A stretch of DNA of 64,000 bases from Acidobacteriota bacterium (GTDB lineage: Bacteria; Acidobacteriota; UBA890; WLXD01). The DNA lies in NCBI GenBank assembly GCA_963666055.2, contig CAXWPH010000005.1, forward strand, positions 32,001 through 96,000, given 5' to 3'. The number at the start of each line of letters is the position of its first letter. Positions within the stretch are counted from its first letter, which is position 1. The notes beneath the pieces are model-generated. The model saw only the letters and a list, made by a program, of their open reading frames with translations. It was not told the origin of the DNA and ran no database searches. The translations under genes were made by a program, and so were the position numbers. Positions 1 to 8,268 of the stretch are shown piece after piece.

Positions 1-254
1 ATGTTGGTGTAGCCCTCCACCGTGCCCAGCTCTTCGAGCTCGTCGGGCTCGCGGACGTCGAGCAAGAAGACGTCGGCGTTGTGGAGCGCACTGGCGAGCG
101 CCTCGCCGGTGAGCTGCTGAGCTTCCGCAGGGGTGTTGACGGCGGGCTCGTTCATCGGCGTCTCCTCGGCCGGCGGGGCCGACTGACCCTGGCAAGCGAT
201 GCCGACAAGCCCGAGCGACAGCATGAACGCTGTGCACGACTTTGTCCTATTCAT
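1..254 (-). CDS. Rhodanese-like domain lipoprotein (partial, runs off the window start)
   Basis: Not in ORF track. ATG at 254 preceded by GGAGG; translates MNRTKSCTAFMLSLGLVGIAC...VFLLDVREPDELEELGTVEGYTN. LDVREPxE is the rhodanese N-terminal motif; lipobox-like GIAC. Confidence 0.8.
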   Translation of the reverse strand, partial: MNRTKSCTAFMLSLGLVGIACQGQSAPPAEETPMNEPAVNTPAEAQQLTGEALASALHNADVFLLDVREPDELEELGTVEGYTN

Positions 255-306
255 GGGTTCCTCCAGTTCGGGATCCGTCAAGATACCAGCTCGGCGTCGA
301 AGGACA

Positions 307-585
307 CTAGCAGGCCGTGGTGAAAGTGTGGTGGGTCTGGTTACGGCGAGTTGAGGCCAGATGCAAGGCGGCCTGACACTGGCGATGCCCCGGCCATCGT
401 CGAGGAAGGCCAACGCCGCAAATGGCCCCAAATCGCCGTAACCCTTCTGGCGACAGAGGGTTGCGCGCGCATGCTGCGTCGTTCCTCGTCAACGATGGGG
501 TACCCATCGCCTCCTCCTCTCTTCTTGCCTCCACTTCGCAAGACCCTGTCACCAGATCCACCACACTTTCACCACGGCCTGCTAG
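307..585. mobile_element. MITE copy 1 (non-autonomous, ~279 bp, CTAG-bounded)
   Basis: Terminal inverted repeats CTAGCAGGCCGTGGTGAAAGTGTGGTGG(G/A)TCTGG (34 bp including CTAG, 1 mismatch); further copies at 6263-6414 and 12993-13270; no transposase inside. Confidence 0.9.
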
Positions 586-2381
586 CTCCCTTCGACGTAC
601 CCCGGGCCGCGCACCACCATGCCCGGACGCGCTCCCGTGATGCGTCCCTGGTCGACCACGATCTGCCCGTTGACCAGCACGTATTCCACCCCTTCCGAGT
701 AGCGGTGCGGTTGAGCATAGGTGGACCTGTCGACAATGGTCTCCGGATCGAAGATCACGATGTCGGCGTAGGCCCCCACCCGAAGAGTCCCCCGATGGCG
801 GATTCCGAGCCGCTGAGCCGGTAGGGAAGTGGCCTTGCGGATGGCCTCCTCGAGGCTGATGTCGCCAAGCTCCCGTACGTAGCGCCCGAGGATCCTGGCG
901 TAGGTTCCGTAGGATCTGGGGTGAACGAGCCGATCCGACAGCGGCCCGTCGACGGCCGCGAGCCCACCGTCCGTACCTATCGCAACCCAGGGCTGCCGCA
1001 GGGCAAGGCGCATGTCGTCCTCATCGGTGAGGTGCGAGACGAAGCCGGCGGCGCCCGTCTGGACTATGTCCATGATCACGTCGCGCGCGTCTTTCCCCTG
1101 TTCGGCGGCGATATCCGCGAGGCTTTGCCCCTCTAGGTGCTTGAGTTCCGTATTGCCACCGACGTCGGTGATGACGAAGCCCTCGGCGCCGCCGACCCCG
1201 TAGTATTCGTTCTCCCACTCCGTCGAGGGGATCTCGAGCTCGCGCTTGATGCGTTCGCGGGTCGACGGATCCGCCAGGCGCTGTCTGATCTCCTCGCTGC
1301 TTCCCTGGCGCGCCCAGGGAGGAAGCAGGGCGCGCAGGCCGGCTGCACCCCAGAGATACGGATACACGTCTGCGGCAACGTCGAGGCCTTGCTGACGGGC
1401 GGCGGCGATGCGCTCGACAACCTCAGACATCTCGCCCCAGTTCTGCACATACGCTGCCTTCAGGTGGGTGATGTGGGCTCGGATATCGGCCTCTCGAGCG
1501 ATGCGGAACACCTCCTCGAGCGAGGCGAAAAGCGCATCGCCTTCGCTGCGCTGGTGCGTCTGATACGCACCGCCGTATCGAGACGCGACGCGTGCCAGAG
1601 CGATCAGCTCCTCGGTGCTGTTGAACCGGTCGGGCACGTACATCAGTGCCGAGTAGATGCCGAGGGCGCCATCCTCCATGGCCTCGGCAGTAAGCCGCTC
1701 CATCTCCGCGAGCTCGGTGGCGGTCGCGGGGCGGTCTACCGTGCCGATGACCAACTCGCGGAGCGTCGACGTGCCCACGTAAGTCGCGAAGTTCAGGGTC
1801 GGTGGATTGGCCTCCAGTCGCGCGAAGAAATCGTCGAGTGTTCGCCAGTCGGGATCGATTCCGAAGCGCTCGAACCGCCCCATTCTCTCGGCGAGGTGCG
1901 CATCGCTGGTGGGGGCGACTGAGCTGCCTTCTCCTTCGACCAGCAGGGTGATGCCCTGCGTTACCGCGCTGGCGGCGCGTGGATCGACCAGCAGATACCA
2001 AGACGAGTGGCTGTGCATGTCGATGAAGCCGGGGGCAACGATCTTGTTGTCGGCGTCGATCGAACGGGTGGCTGCCATGCCTGCCAGGTTGCCGATCGCG
2101 GCGATGTGCCTATCGCGAATGCCAACGTCGCCCCGGTACCACGGATTTCCGCTGCCATCGACGATGCGTGCGTTGCTGATTAACAGGTCAAAGGAGCTGG
2201 CCTGCGTTGCCTGTTCGGTCGGTGTACAGGCACCGGGCAACAGAGCCCCGACCATCAGCAGAACCGCCGCGACTCGGGTTGTCGGGTTGCCCAGCCGCTG
2301 TGATGGAGCTGATGCCCTCGACCCCGCTCGACGTTTGATCAAGCTCCACCAAAGCGCTAGCAGGAACCGCTCGTCGCGCAC
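582..2381 (-). CDS. N-acyl-D-amino-acid deacylase (D-aminoacylase family amidohydrolase), probable lipoprotein
   Basis: APGFIDMHSHS, HPRSYGTYARILG, IRKATSLPA motifs; lipobox-like LPGAC. The true start may be downstream of 2381. Confidence 0.9.
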   Translation of the reverse strand: MRDERFLLALWWSLIKRRAGSRASAPSQRLGNPTTRVAAVLLMVGALLPGACTPTEQATQASSFDLLISNARIVDGSGNPWYRGDVGIRDRHIAAIGNLAGMAATRSIDADNKIVAPGFIDMHSHSSWYLLVDPRAASAVTQGITLLVEGEGSSVAPTSDAHLAERMGRFERFGIDPDWRTLDDFFARLEANPPTLNFATYVGTSTLRELVIGTVDRPATATELAEMERLTAEAMEDGALGIYSALMYVPDRFNSTEELIALARVASRYGGAYQTHQRSEGDALFASLEEVFRIAREADIRAHITHLKAAYVQNWGEMSEVVERIAAARQQGLDVAADVYPYLWGAAGLRALLPPWARQGSSEEIRQRLADPSTRERIKRELEIPSTEWENEYYGVGGAEGFVITDVGGNTELKHLEGQSLADIAAEQGKDARDVIMDIVQTGAAGFVSHLTDEDDMRLALRQPWVAIGTDGGLAAVDGPLSDRLVHPRSYGTYARILGRYVRELGDISLEEAIRKATSLPAQRLGIRHRGTLRVGAYADIVIFDPETIVDRSTYAQPHRYSEGVEYVLVNGQIVVDQGRITGARPGMVVRGPGYVEGS

Positions 2382-2488
2382 TAGTCCGATTTACCCGATC
2401 TGTAGAAGCGGACCTCGACTCGCTCCGCGGTCGCCAAGCCCTCTTCGACGGCCTCGTCGATTACCGGCAGGAAGGCCTCGATCTCCGC
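2381..2488 (-). pseudogene. C-terminal stump of a DUF190 protein
   Basis: Minus strand reads AEIEAFLPVIDEAVEEGLATAERVEVRFYRSGKSD*, resembling the DUF190 C-terminus; no N-terminal part upstream. Confidence 0.6.
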
Positions 2489-2543
2489 CGCGAGAAACCG
2501 TCGCACTACTTCCAAGCCGGTGATCCTCTCTTAGAATCGCTGC

Positions 2544-3539
2544 ATGGTGTCGAGATCGTCAACGCGAACCGCGATCTCTCCAAGAGGCAATTCCCAACTA
2601 GACAGAGGGGTGAAGGTGCACAGCATCGGATTGAAAAGCCTCGCGGCATTAATCCCTGCCATCTTGTTGGTGGCATACGTCGGCGCGAACACGGGCGCAG
2701 TGGATGGCACCTTGGAGGACGGCTCCTTCCCGGAACACTGGATCGATGGGACCGACTGTGACGTCGAACCGCCGGTGCAGATCCACGCCTACAACGATGA
2801 TCTGTTCATCCTACGGCAGTCGCTTTGCACGGATTTCGAGGCACCTTTCATCTATCTCATCTTCGGACAAGACCGAGTACTGATGCAGGATACCGGTGCC
2901 GGAAGCATTCCAATCAGGGCAATCGTCGACGACATCATTTCCCGTTGGCTCGATACGCACGACCGAACCTCCATCGAACTGATCGTAAGTCATTCCCACT
3001 CGCACGGAGATCACGTCGCAGGCGACAGTCAGTTTTCCACCCGGCCTAACACCAAGGTCGTCGGGCGGACGCGGTCAGCCGTGCAGTCCTTCTTCGGAAT
3101 CGAGGCCTGGCCGACGCAAGTTGTCGAATTCGATCTCGGGGGCGGGCACATCGTCGACGTCATCCCGCTTCCTGGTCATCAGGATGCCCACATCGCGCTG
3201 TATGATCGGCGTGCCGGGCTGCTCTTCACGGGTGATTCTTTCTACCCGGGGCGACTGTACTTTTCAACATCGGAGTTGCCGGCGTACAGGGCAAGTATGC
3301 AGCGATTGTTGGCCTTCGCGGAGGGCAGGGAAGTCCGCCATATTCTGGGTACGCACATCGAGATGAGCTCGCGATCGGGGGTGGACTTTCCGCCGCAATC
3401 AACGCAGCATCCGAACGAGCATGGCCTCGAACTGCGGCTCAGCCAACTTGTCGAGCTCGTCAACGCCCTAGCCGCGATGGGGAACGAACCGAGGCTCGAA
3501 AGGCACGACGATTTCATCGTCTTTCCGCGTGCGCAGTAG
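2544..3539 (+). CDS. MBL-fold metallo-hydrolase, secreted
   Basis: HSHSHGDH, PGH, LFTGD and GTH metal-ligand motifs; hydrophobic leader. Start probably GTG near 2610-2617. Confidence 0.85.
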   Translation: MVSRSSTRTAISPRGNSQLDRGVKVHSIGLKSLAALIPAILLVAYVGANTGAVDGTLEDGSFPEHWIDGTDCDVEPPVQIHAYNDDLFILRQSLCTDFEAPFIYLIFGQDRVLMQDTGAGSIPIRAIVDDIISRWLDTHDRTSIELIVSHSHSHGDHVAGDSQFSTRPNTKVVGRTRSAVQSFFGIEAWPTQVVEFDLGGGHIVDVIPLPGHQDAHIALYDRRAGLLFTGDSFYPGRLYFSTSELPAYRASMQRLLAFAEGREVRHILGTHIEMSSRSGVDFPPQSTQHPNEHGLELRLSQLVELVNALAAMGNEPRLERHDDFIVFPRAQ

Positions 3540-3560
3540 GGAATCGCTGACCAATCATTT

Positions 3561-4259
3561 GTGATCGTCAAGTTCATCGAGGGGCCGGCCGAGCGCGAGA
3601 AAATGTGGGGCCATGGGGCCATATCGAAGCGTCGCGGACGCACCGCCTGGCTGACGCTGTTCGGGGGAGCCTTCGGCCTCCTCGAGGCCGCAGTGGTGGT
3701 GTATCTGCGCGAGCTCTACTATCCCGACGGCTTCCGCTTCCCGATCGTCGTCATTCCGGACCACATCTTGACGGTCGAGCTGCTGCGCGAGCTGACGACC
3801 CTGCTGATGCTGTTCGCCGTGGCCATCGTTGGCGGCCGCGACCGCATGGATCGTTTCTTCGTCTTTGCTTTCCTGTTCGGTGTCTGGGACATCGTTTACT
3901 ACCTTGGCCTGTGGCTCCTTCTCGGCTGGCCGCCGTCGCTGCTTACCTGGGACGTGCTGTTCTTGATCCCGGTACCGTGGCTCGGGCCGGTCATTTACCC
4001 GGTGCTGGTGTCAGTGTTCCTCATCGCCGGGTTCGGAGTGCACGAGCGCATCCGCGCGCGAGGAAACACGGTGTGCCTGACGCGCGCCGAGTGGGCCGTC
4101 GCCTGCGCCGGCGCGATGACGATCATCGTCGCCTTCTGTTGGAACTGGGGCGTCGTCGCCGAGGGAACAACTCCACAGAGCTTCCCGTCGGGGATGTTCG
4201 CCGTCGGCCTGGCCGCCGGCGTGCTTCCTTTTGCGCGGTCCGGATTGCGGTTGCCATGA
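3561..4259 (+). CDS. Hypothetical integral membrane protein
   Basis: Multiple TM segments; motifs LEAAVVVYLR, FGVWDIVYY, WDVLFLIPVPW look like a conserved hypothetical family. Confidence 0.75.
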   Translation: MIVKFIEGPAEREKMWGHGAISKRRGRTAWLTLFGGAFGLLEAAVVVYLRELYYPDGFRFPIVVIPDHILTVELLRELTTLLMLFAVAIVGGRDRMDRFFVFAFLFGVWDIVYYLGLWLLLGWPPSLLTWDVLFLIPVPWLGPVIYPVLVSVFLIAGFGVHERIRARGNTVCLTRAEWAVACAGAMTIIVAFCWNWGVVAEGTTPQSFPSGMFAVGLAAGVLPFARSGLRLP

Positions 4260-4305
4260 GACTCTCGATGCCGACCGGCCAGTGTTCGAGGCGTCAAGTC
4301 ACGCC

Positions 4306-6336
4306 CTACGGTGCGCCGTCGAGACTGCGGTAGATCATCTCGATCCAGCCGTCGGCGGACATGTAGCCATAGCCCCAGCTCTCGTACTCGCGACCGAGTC
4401 CGGCGGCGACGATCTGGTCGAGGCTGCGGCCCGCCGTCTTCCCGGCCCGCACCAGGTTGATGGTGTCGTCGAGCATCTTGCGCACGCGGTACAGCTCCGG
4501 CTTGTCGGCTAGCGGTCCGTGCCCGGGGATGACCGCGGCGTCGTCGGGAATCATCGGCAGCAGGGCATCGAGGTTGGCCAGCATCGCCAGCGCGTTGCCG
4601 CCCGATTGCAGGTCGGCGGTCGGGAAGCTCGATGTGCCGGAGTTGAACAAGTCTCCCATGTGCACGACGTTCGATTCGGTGAAGAACACGACGATGTCGT
4701 TGTCGGTGTGGCCGCCGGGGATCGCCAGTGCTCGCACTTCCTCGCCGTTGAAGTGCACCGAGAGGGTCTCGTTGAAGGTGATCGTCGGCCAGTGGGCGCT
4801 GTCCTTGGCAAGCAGGCGTTCGCGGGCCCGCTCGTGGGCGACCACCAGCGCGTCGCTGCCGCGTGTCAGGTTGGCGTTGCCATCGCTGTGATCGTCGTGA
4901 TGGTGGGTGTTGATGATGAAACGCAACGCGCCGCCGTCGAGCGCGCTCAGGGCGTCGGTGATGGCCTCGGTCAGCTCGGCCCATTGATCGTCGACGATGA
5001 GGATGCCATCGGGCCCCACGGAGACGGCGATGTTGCCGGCGACATCGCCGGTGGCCTCGAGCATGTAGATGTTGCCGGTGACCGGGTGGGTGACGATCTC
5101 CACACCAGTGAGATCTGGCTTCTGCGTCGACATCGCCGGGACTTCGGCGGCGCGCAACCCGTCGATTGCGATACGGAAACCCATATGGTCGTCGCTCGAA
5201 TTTTGCTCGTCGCCGGTGCGTGCCGCGGCGCGGATGCTGTGGCCCCCCTGCGGGGCAACCCATCCGTCGGTGTCGACCCCGGCCCAATCGACCCAGGAGC
5301 CGCCGCGGTTGACGCGGTCGATTTGCTCGTCGGGGACTGCGGGCGGTCGCTCTGGCCCGCTGGGGTTTCGACTCGGGGAGCGTGCGTAGTATCCCCTGTC
5401 GTAGATGTCGTAGACCCATTCGCCGAGGTTGCCGGCCATATCGTAGATACCGTATGGCGATTGGTCTGGACCGTAGGCGTCGACCGGCGAGGTCTCGACA
5501 TAACCGTCGTCGATCTCGGCGTCGGGGCGCCGCGTGTGCGGCCCGTATTTGCCGATGAAGTTGACGTCGGCGTAGTTGGCCCGGCGGCCGTCAGGGGCCT
5601 CGTTACCCCAGGGAAAGCGCAGGCCCGCGGCGCCGCGCGCCGCCTTCTCCCATTGAGCCTCGGTCGGCAAGACGACGAGGAGGCCGAGTTGGTCCGAAAG
5701 CCAGGCGCAGAATACCTGCGCGTCGTTCCAGCTGACGCTACCCACCGCATGGTTGTCGGCTTGCTCGAAGTAGATGTTGTTCCAGCCGCCGTCCAGCCGT
5801 GGCTCCCAGGGATCACGACGTTCGCCGGGCCCCGGAATCTCGCCCGTCCATTGCCACGAGCCCTGGCCCCGTTCGGCGTCGGTCACGTACTCGGTGGCCT
5901 CGACGAAGGCGCGAAACTGCCCCACGGTGACCGGGAACTTGGCGATCCAGTAGTCGTCGAGCTCGACCGTATGAACCGGGCGCTCGCCTTCGAGCCCCTC
6001 GTCCGACCCCATGGGAAAGGGCCCGGAGGGCACCAGCACGAAGCGATGGCCGTTGCCGAGATCGACCTCTCGTTGCCCGGCGGCGTTCGTGCTCGTCCGT
6101 GTGGCAGCGGCAAGCACCTGGTCGACGATCGACTGGCCGTTGGTTGAGGAAACCGGGTCGTTCGTAGCGGAGTCTACCGAGCCGACTTGTTCGGACGAGG
6201 GCGTGTAGCTCAGCGCCGGCAGCGCGGCCACGACAGTCGCTAGAATCATCGCCGCGCCGAACCGCCGTAACCCTTCGGGCGACAGGGGGTTGCGCGCGTA
6301 TGCTGCGTCGTTCCTCGTCAACGATGGGGTACCCAT
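4306..6336 (-). CDS. SUMF1/FGE-sulfatase-like domain fused to MBL-fold hydrolase, secreted
   Basis: LPTEAQWEKAARG, YDMAGNLGEWV, RGGSW and MGFR (FGE-sulfatase fold), then INTHHHDDHSDGN, GGHTDND, HMGD and IPGHG (MBL). ATG 6336 follows GAGGAGGAGGCG inside MITE copy 2. Confidence 0.85.
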   Translation of the reverse strand: MGTPSLTRNDAAYARNPLSPEGLRRFGAAMILATVVAALPALSYTPSSEQVGSVDSATNDPVSSTNGQSIVDQVLAAATRTSTNAAGQREVDLGNGHRFVLVPSGPFPMGSDEGLEGERPVHTVELDDYWIAKFPVTVGQFRAFVEATEYVTDAERGQGSWQWTGEIPGPGERRDPWEPRLDGGWNNIYFEQADNHAVGSVSWNDAQVFCAWLSDQLGLLVVLPTEAQWEKAARGAAGLRFPWGNEAPDGRRANYADVNFIGKYGPHTRRPDAEIDDGYVETSPVDAYGPDQSPYGIYDMAGNLGEWVYDIYDRGYYARSPSRNPSGPERPPAVPDEQIDRVNRGGSWVDWAGVDTDGWVAPQGGHSIRAAARTGDEQNSSDDHMGFRIAIDGLRAAEVPAMSTQKPDLTGVEIVTHPVTGNIYMLEATGDVAGNIAVSVGPDGILIVDDQWAELTEAITDALSALDGGALRFIINTHHHDDHSDGNANLTRGSDALVVAHERARERLLAKDSAHWPTITFNETLSVHFNGEEVRALAIPGGHTDNDIVVFFTESNVVHMGDLFNSGTSSFPTADLQSGGNALAMLANLDALLPMIPDDAAVIPGHGPLADKPELYRVRKMLDDTINLVRAGKTAGRSLDQIVAAGLGREYESWGYGYMSADGWIEMIYRSLDGAP

Positions 6337-6414
6337 CGCCTCCTCCTCTCTTCTTGCCTCCACTTCGCAAGACCCTGTCGCCAGATCCACCACACTTTCA
6401 CCACGGCCTGCTAG
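6263..6414. mobile_element. MITE copy 2 (right half only)
   Basis: Near-identical to 434-585 including the TIR and CTAG; the left half is replaced by coding sequence. Confidence 0.85.
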
Positions 6415-6548
6415 CCCCGTTTGCCCAACGGTGTGGGTGCCCACCCGCAACCAGGCTACCTATTGGCGCCGCCGGGCTCAACGCGTTTGGAACGTCGGCC
6501 TGCAGTCTGCACTTCGGCCTCGATATCCCGGTGCTCGCGTGGTCGTGC

Positions 6549-7031
6549 TCAGGGCCCGGAGCCGCGGACCAAAGTCATCACCTTGCCCTCGACCCAATCG
6601 ATCGGCGAGAAGAGGACACAGGCGAGGTGGGTGCGTCGGCCAAGAACGAGCGCCGGAAACGCCAGGACCTCGCATCCCGGGTGTCCGAGGGCGGCGATCA
6701 GCAGCAGGGAAGCGCCGATGAACACGACCGCGCCGGCATCGAAGACGCCGCCACGCAGGAACAACAGGAACACCGGGGTCACGGCGATGACGGCCCCGAT
6801 CCAAGGGTGGAGCCACCCGAAGTAACGGCTGACCACCAGGTGCACCACGGTGTAAAGAGCCATCAAGCCGACAACGACCGCCAACACTTCCAGCCGCGAT
6901 TCCCAAGATGCTCCTCGCAACGCCGGCGCCACCATGCCGATCATGCCGACACCGAGCGCGGCGCGGAGCAGGCGACTGATCGGCGTTGCCCGGGGGAGGG
7001 TGGAAATCTTCTCCGACGCAAGCGTGCTCAT
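6549..7031 (-). CDS. Membrane protein with GxPGCE...C motif (DUF6410-like)
   Basis: Four TM segments; C-terminal GHPGCEVLAFPAL...HLACVLFSPID. Confidence 0.7.
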   Translation of the reverse strand: MSTLASEKISTLPRATPISRLLRAALGVGMIGMVAPALRGASWESRLEVLAVVVGLMALYTVVHLVVSRYFGWLHPWIGAVIAVTPVFLLFLRGGVFDAGAVVFIGASLLLIAALGHPGCEVLAFPALVLGRRTHLACVLFSPIDWVEGKVMTLVRGSGP

Positions 7032-7576
7032 GACGATCCTCTCTTGGCTTCCCAGCGGTCCACGTTATCTATATGTCCGGGGCAATAGTGCTCCGGTCGG
7101 GCACGACCGGTGGCCAGCGACCATAGATGGGAAATCGCCCGCATCTCGCATCCCGGGGTGCCGATCGCGGCAGACAGAAGAAATGAAAAGCCCAGCCAGC
7201 CAAGTGTCAGCACTTGCCATCCGGCCACCGACCAGCCGAGCGCCGGCGACCAGAGCGCACCGGTCAGGAACCAGCTCACGGCCACGCCGGCGGCGATCCA
7301 CAGGCCGACGGCATAGCGTGGCCAGGCGCGCCAGCTCACACCCAGGCCGATATTCACCACGTAGGGCGTGACGACGAGCAACAGCACCGTGGTAGCCCAC
7401 CAGGTCCAGGCCGACGGCATCTGGTAGCCCGTGTGGTACCGCGTCGTCGTCGCAATCGACCAGGCGCCGTACGCGCAGACCACTCCCCAACCGAATCGAA
7501 CCAGTCGGCCGACCGGGCCAGGAGGCGCCAGGCTTCCCTGGCTTCGGAATTGGGTGTCGAGCTTGGATTCGCTCAC
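7028..7576 (-). CDS. Membrane protein with GxPGCE...C motif, paralog-like to 6549-7031
   Basis: TM segments; GTPGCEMRAISHL...HYCPGHID; stop overlaps the next ATG (ATGA coupling). Confidence 0.7.
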   Translation of the reverse strand: MSESKLDTQFRSQGSLAPPGPVGRLVRFGWGVVCAYGAWSIATTTRYHTGYQMPSAWTWWATTVLLLVVTPYVVNIGLGVSWRAWPRYAVGLWIAAGVAVSWFLTGALWSPALGWSVAGWQVLTLGWLGFSFLLSAAIGTPGCEMRAISHLWSLATGRARPEHYCPGHIDNVDRWEAKRGSS

Positions 7577-7618
7577 GCGGGCAGCCTCCCTCGGGGAGAA
7601 TGGGAATGATTCAAGACA

Positions 7619-7660
7619 TATGTACTACGATCATAGTAATTAATCAACTACGGTCGTAGT
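7619..7660 (-). promoter_or_regulatory. Putative sigma70 promoter overlapped by two palindromic operators
   Basis: ACTACGATCATAGT (7624-7637) and ACTACGGTCGTAGT (7647-7660) in an AT-rich patch; minus strand TTGATT-17 nt-TACATA. Confidence 0.6.
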
Positions 7661-7725
7661 AGTTTTGTTCACCGGCCAACGACAGATCCCCATCGGTCAC
7701 GCTGCCTGAGCCGAGGGGGCCGCCC

Positions 7726-8238
7726 CTACTCTCCCGCGAAGTCCGCGTCCGGCACGATCTTGCCGATCATCTCGCGTGCTGTGAGGCGCAGCTCCTCTGG
7801 AGTCGGTCGCCCGACGAAGTACCAGCCGTTGAACAACCGGTGAATGGTCAGGTCTGGGAGTAGTGCGAAGGTGAAGGGGACCGGTAGTGGACCATGTCGG
7901 GAATCAGTTGTCTCGCGGATGCCGAGCTCGTCGGTAAGCCGTCGTTCCGCGTCGCTCAGGAAGGGGAAGCGTGCTCCGAGCTCAGCTTTGAGGGAGGCTT
8001 GCACCTCGGGCGGGTCGACCGAGACCACTGCCAACCGGCAGTAAGCTACTGTGGCGGCGTCTTGGAACTGGACCAGTTCCGACAGCTGAAGCTGGCACTT
8101 CGGTCACCAAGGGCCACGGTAGAAGGCGAGAAACAGCGGTTGACGTTCAGCGACCTCGGCGATCGACATCACGTTGCCGCGGTCATCCGTGAGGCTGAGG
8201 TCGGGGAACTTCTGGCCGACTTCGTACTTGAGTGGCAT
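7726..8238 (-). CDS. Peroxiredoxin-like (AhpC/TSA redoxin) selenoprotein, UxxC
   Basis: ATG 8238 with GGGAG upstream; MPLKYEVGQKFPDLSLTDDRG...FYRGPW-TGA(8106-8104)-PKCQ, continuing in frame into the 7726-8034 ORF. Confidence 0.85.
8064..8103 (-). other. Candidate bacterial SECIS element
   Basis: Hairpin GGAACTG-GTC-CAGTTCC (8080-8064) with a G-containing loop about 30 nt after the in-frame TGA. Confidence 0.6.
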
Positions 8239-8268
8239 CGATGACTCCCGCTGGCGGTCCAGGCTGTG

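Noticed and set aside
307-564. Small ORFs 307-564, 341-541, 12972-13187 and 13037-13270 as repeated genes
   Set aside because: They lie inside MITE copies and their frames are not kept between copies.
2544-3539. Antibiotic-resistance metallo-beta-lactamase
   Set aside because: Only generic MBL-fold motifs are visible; substrate cannot be inferred.
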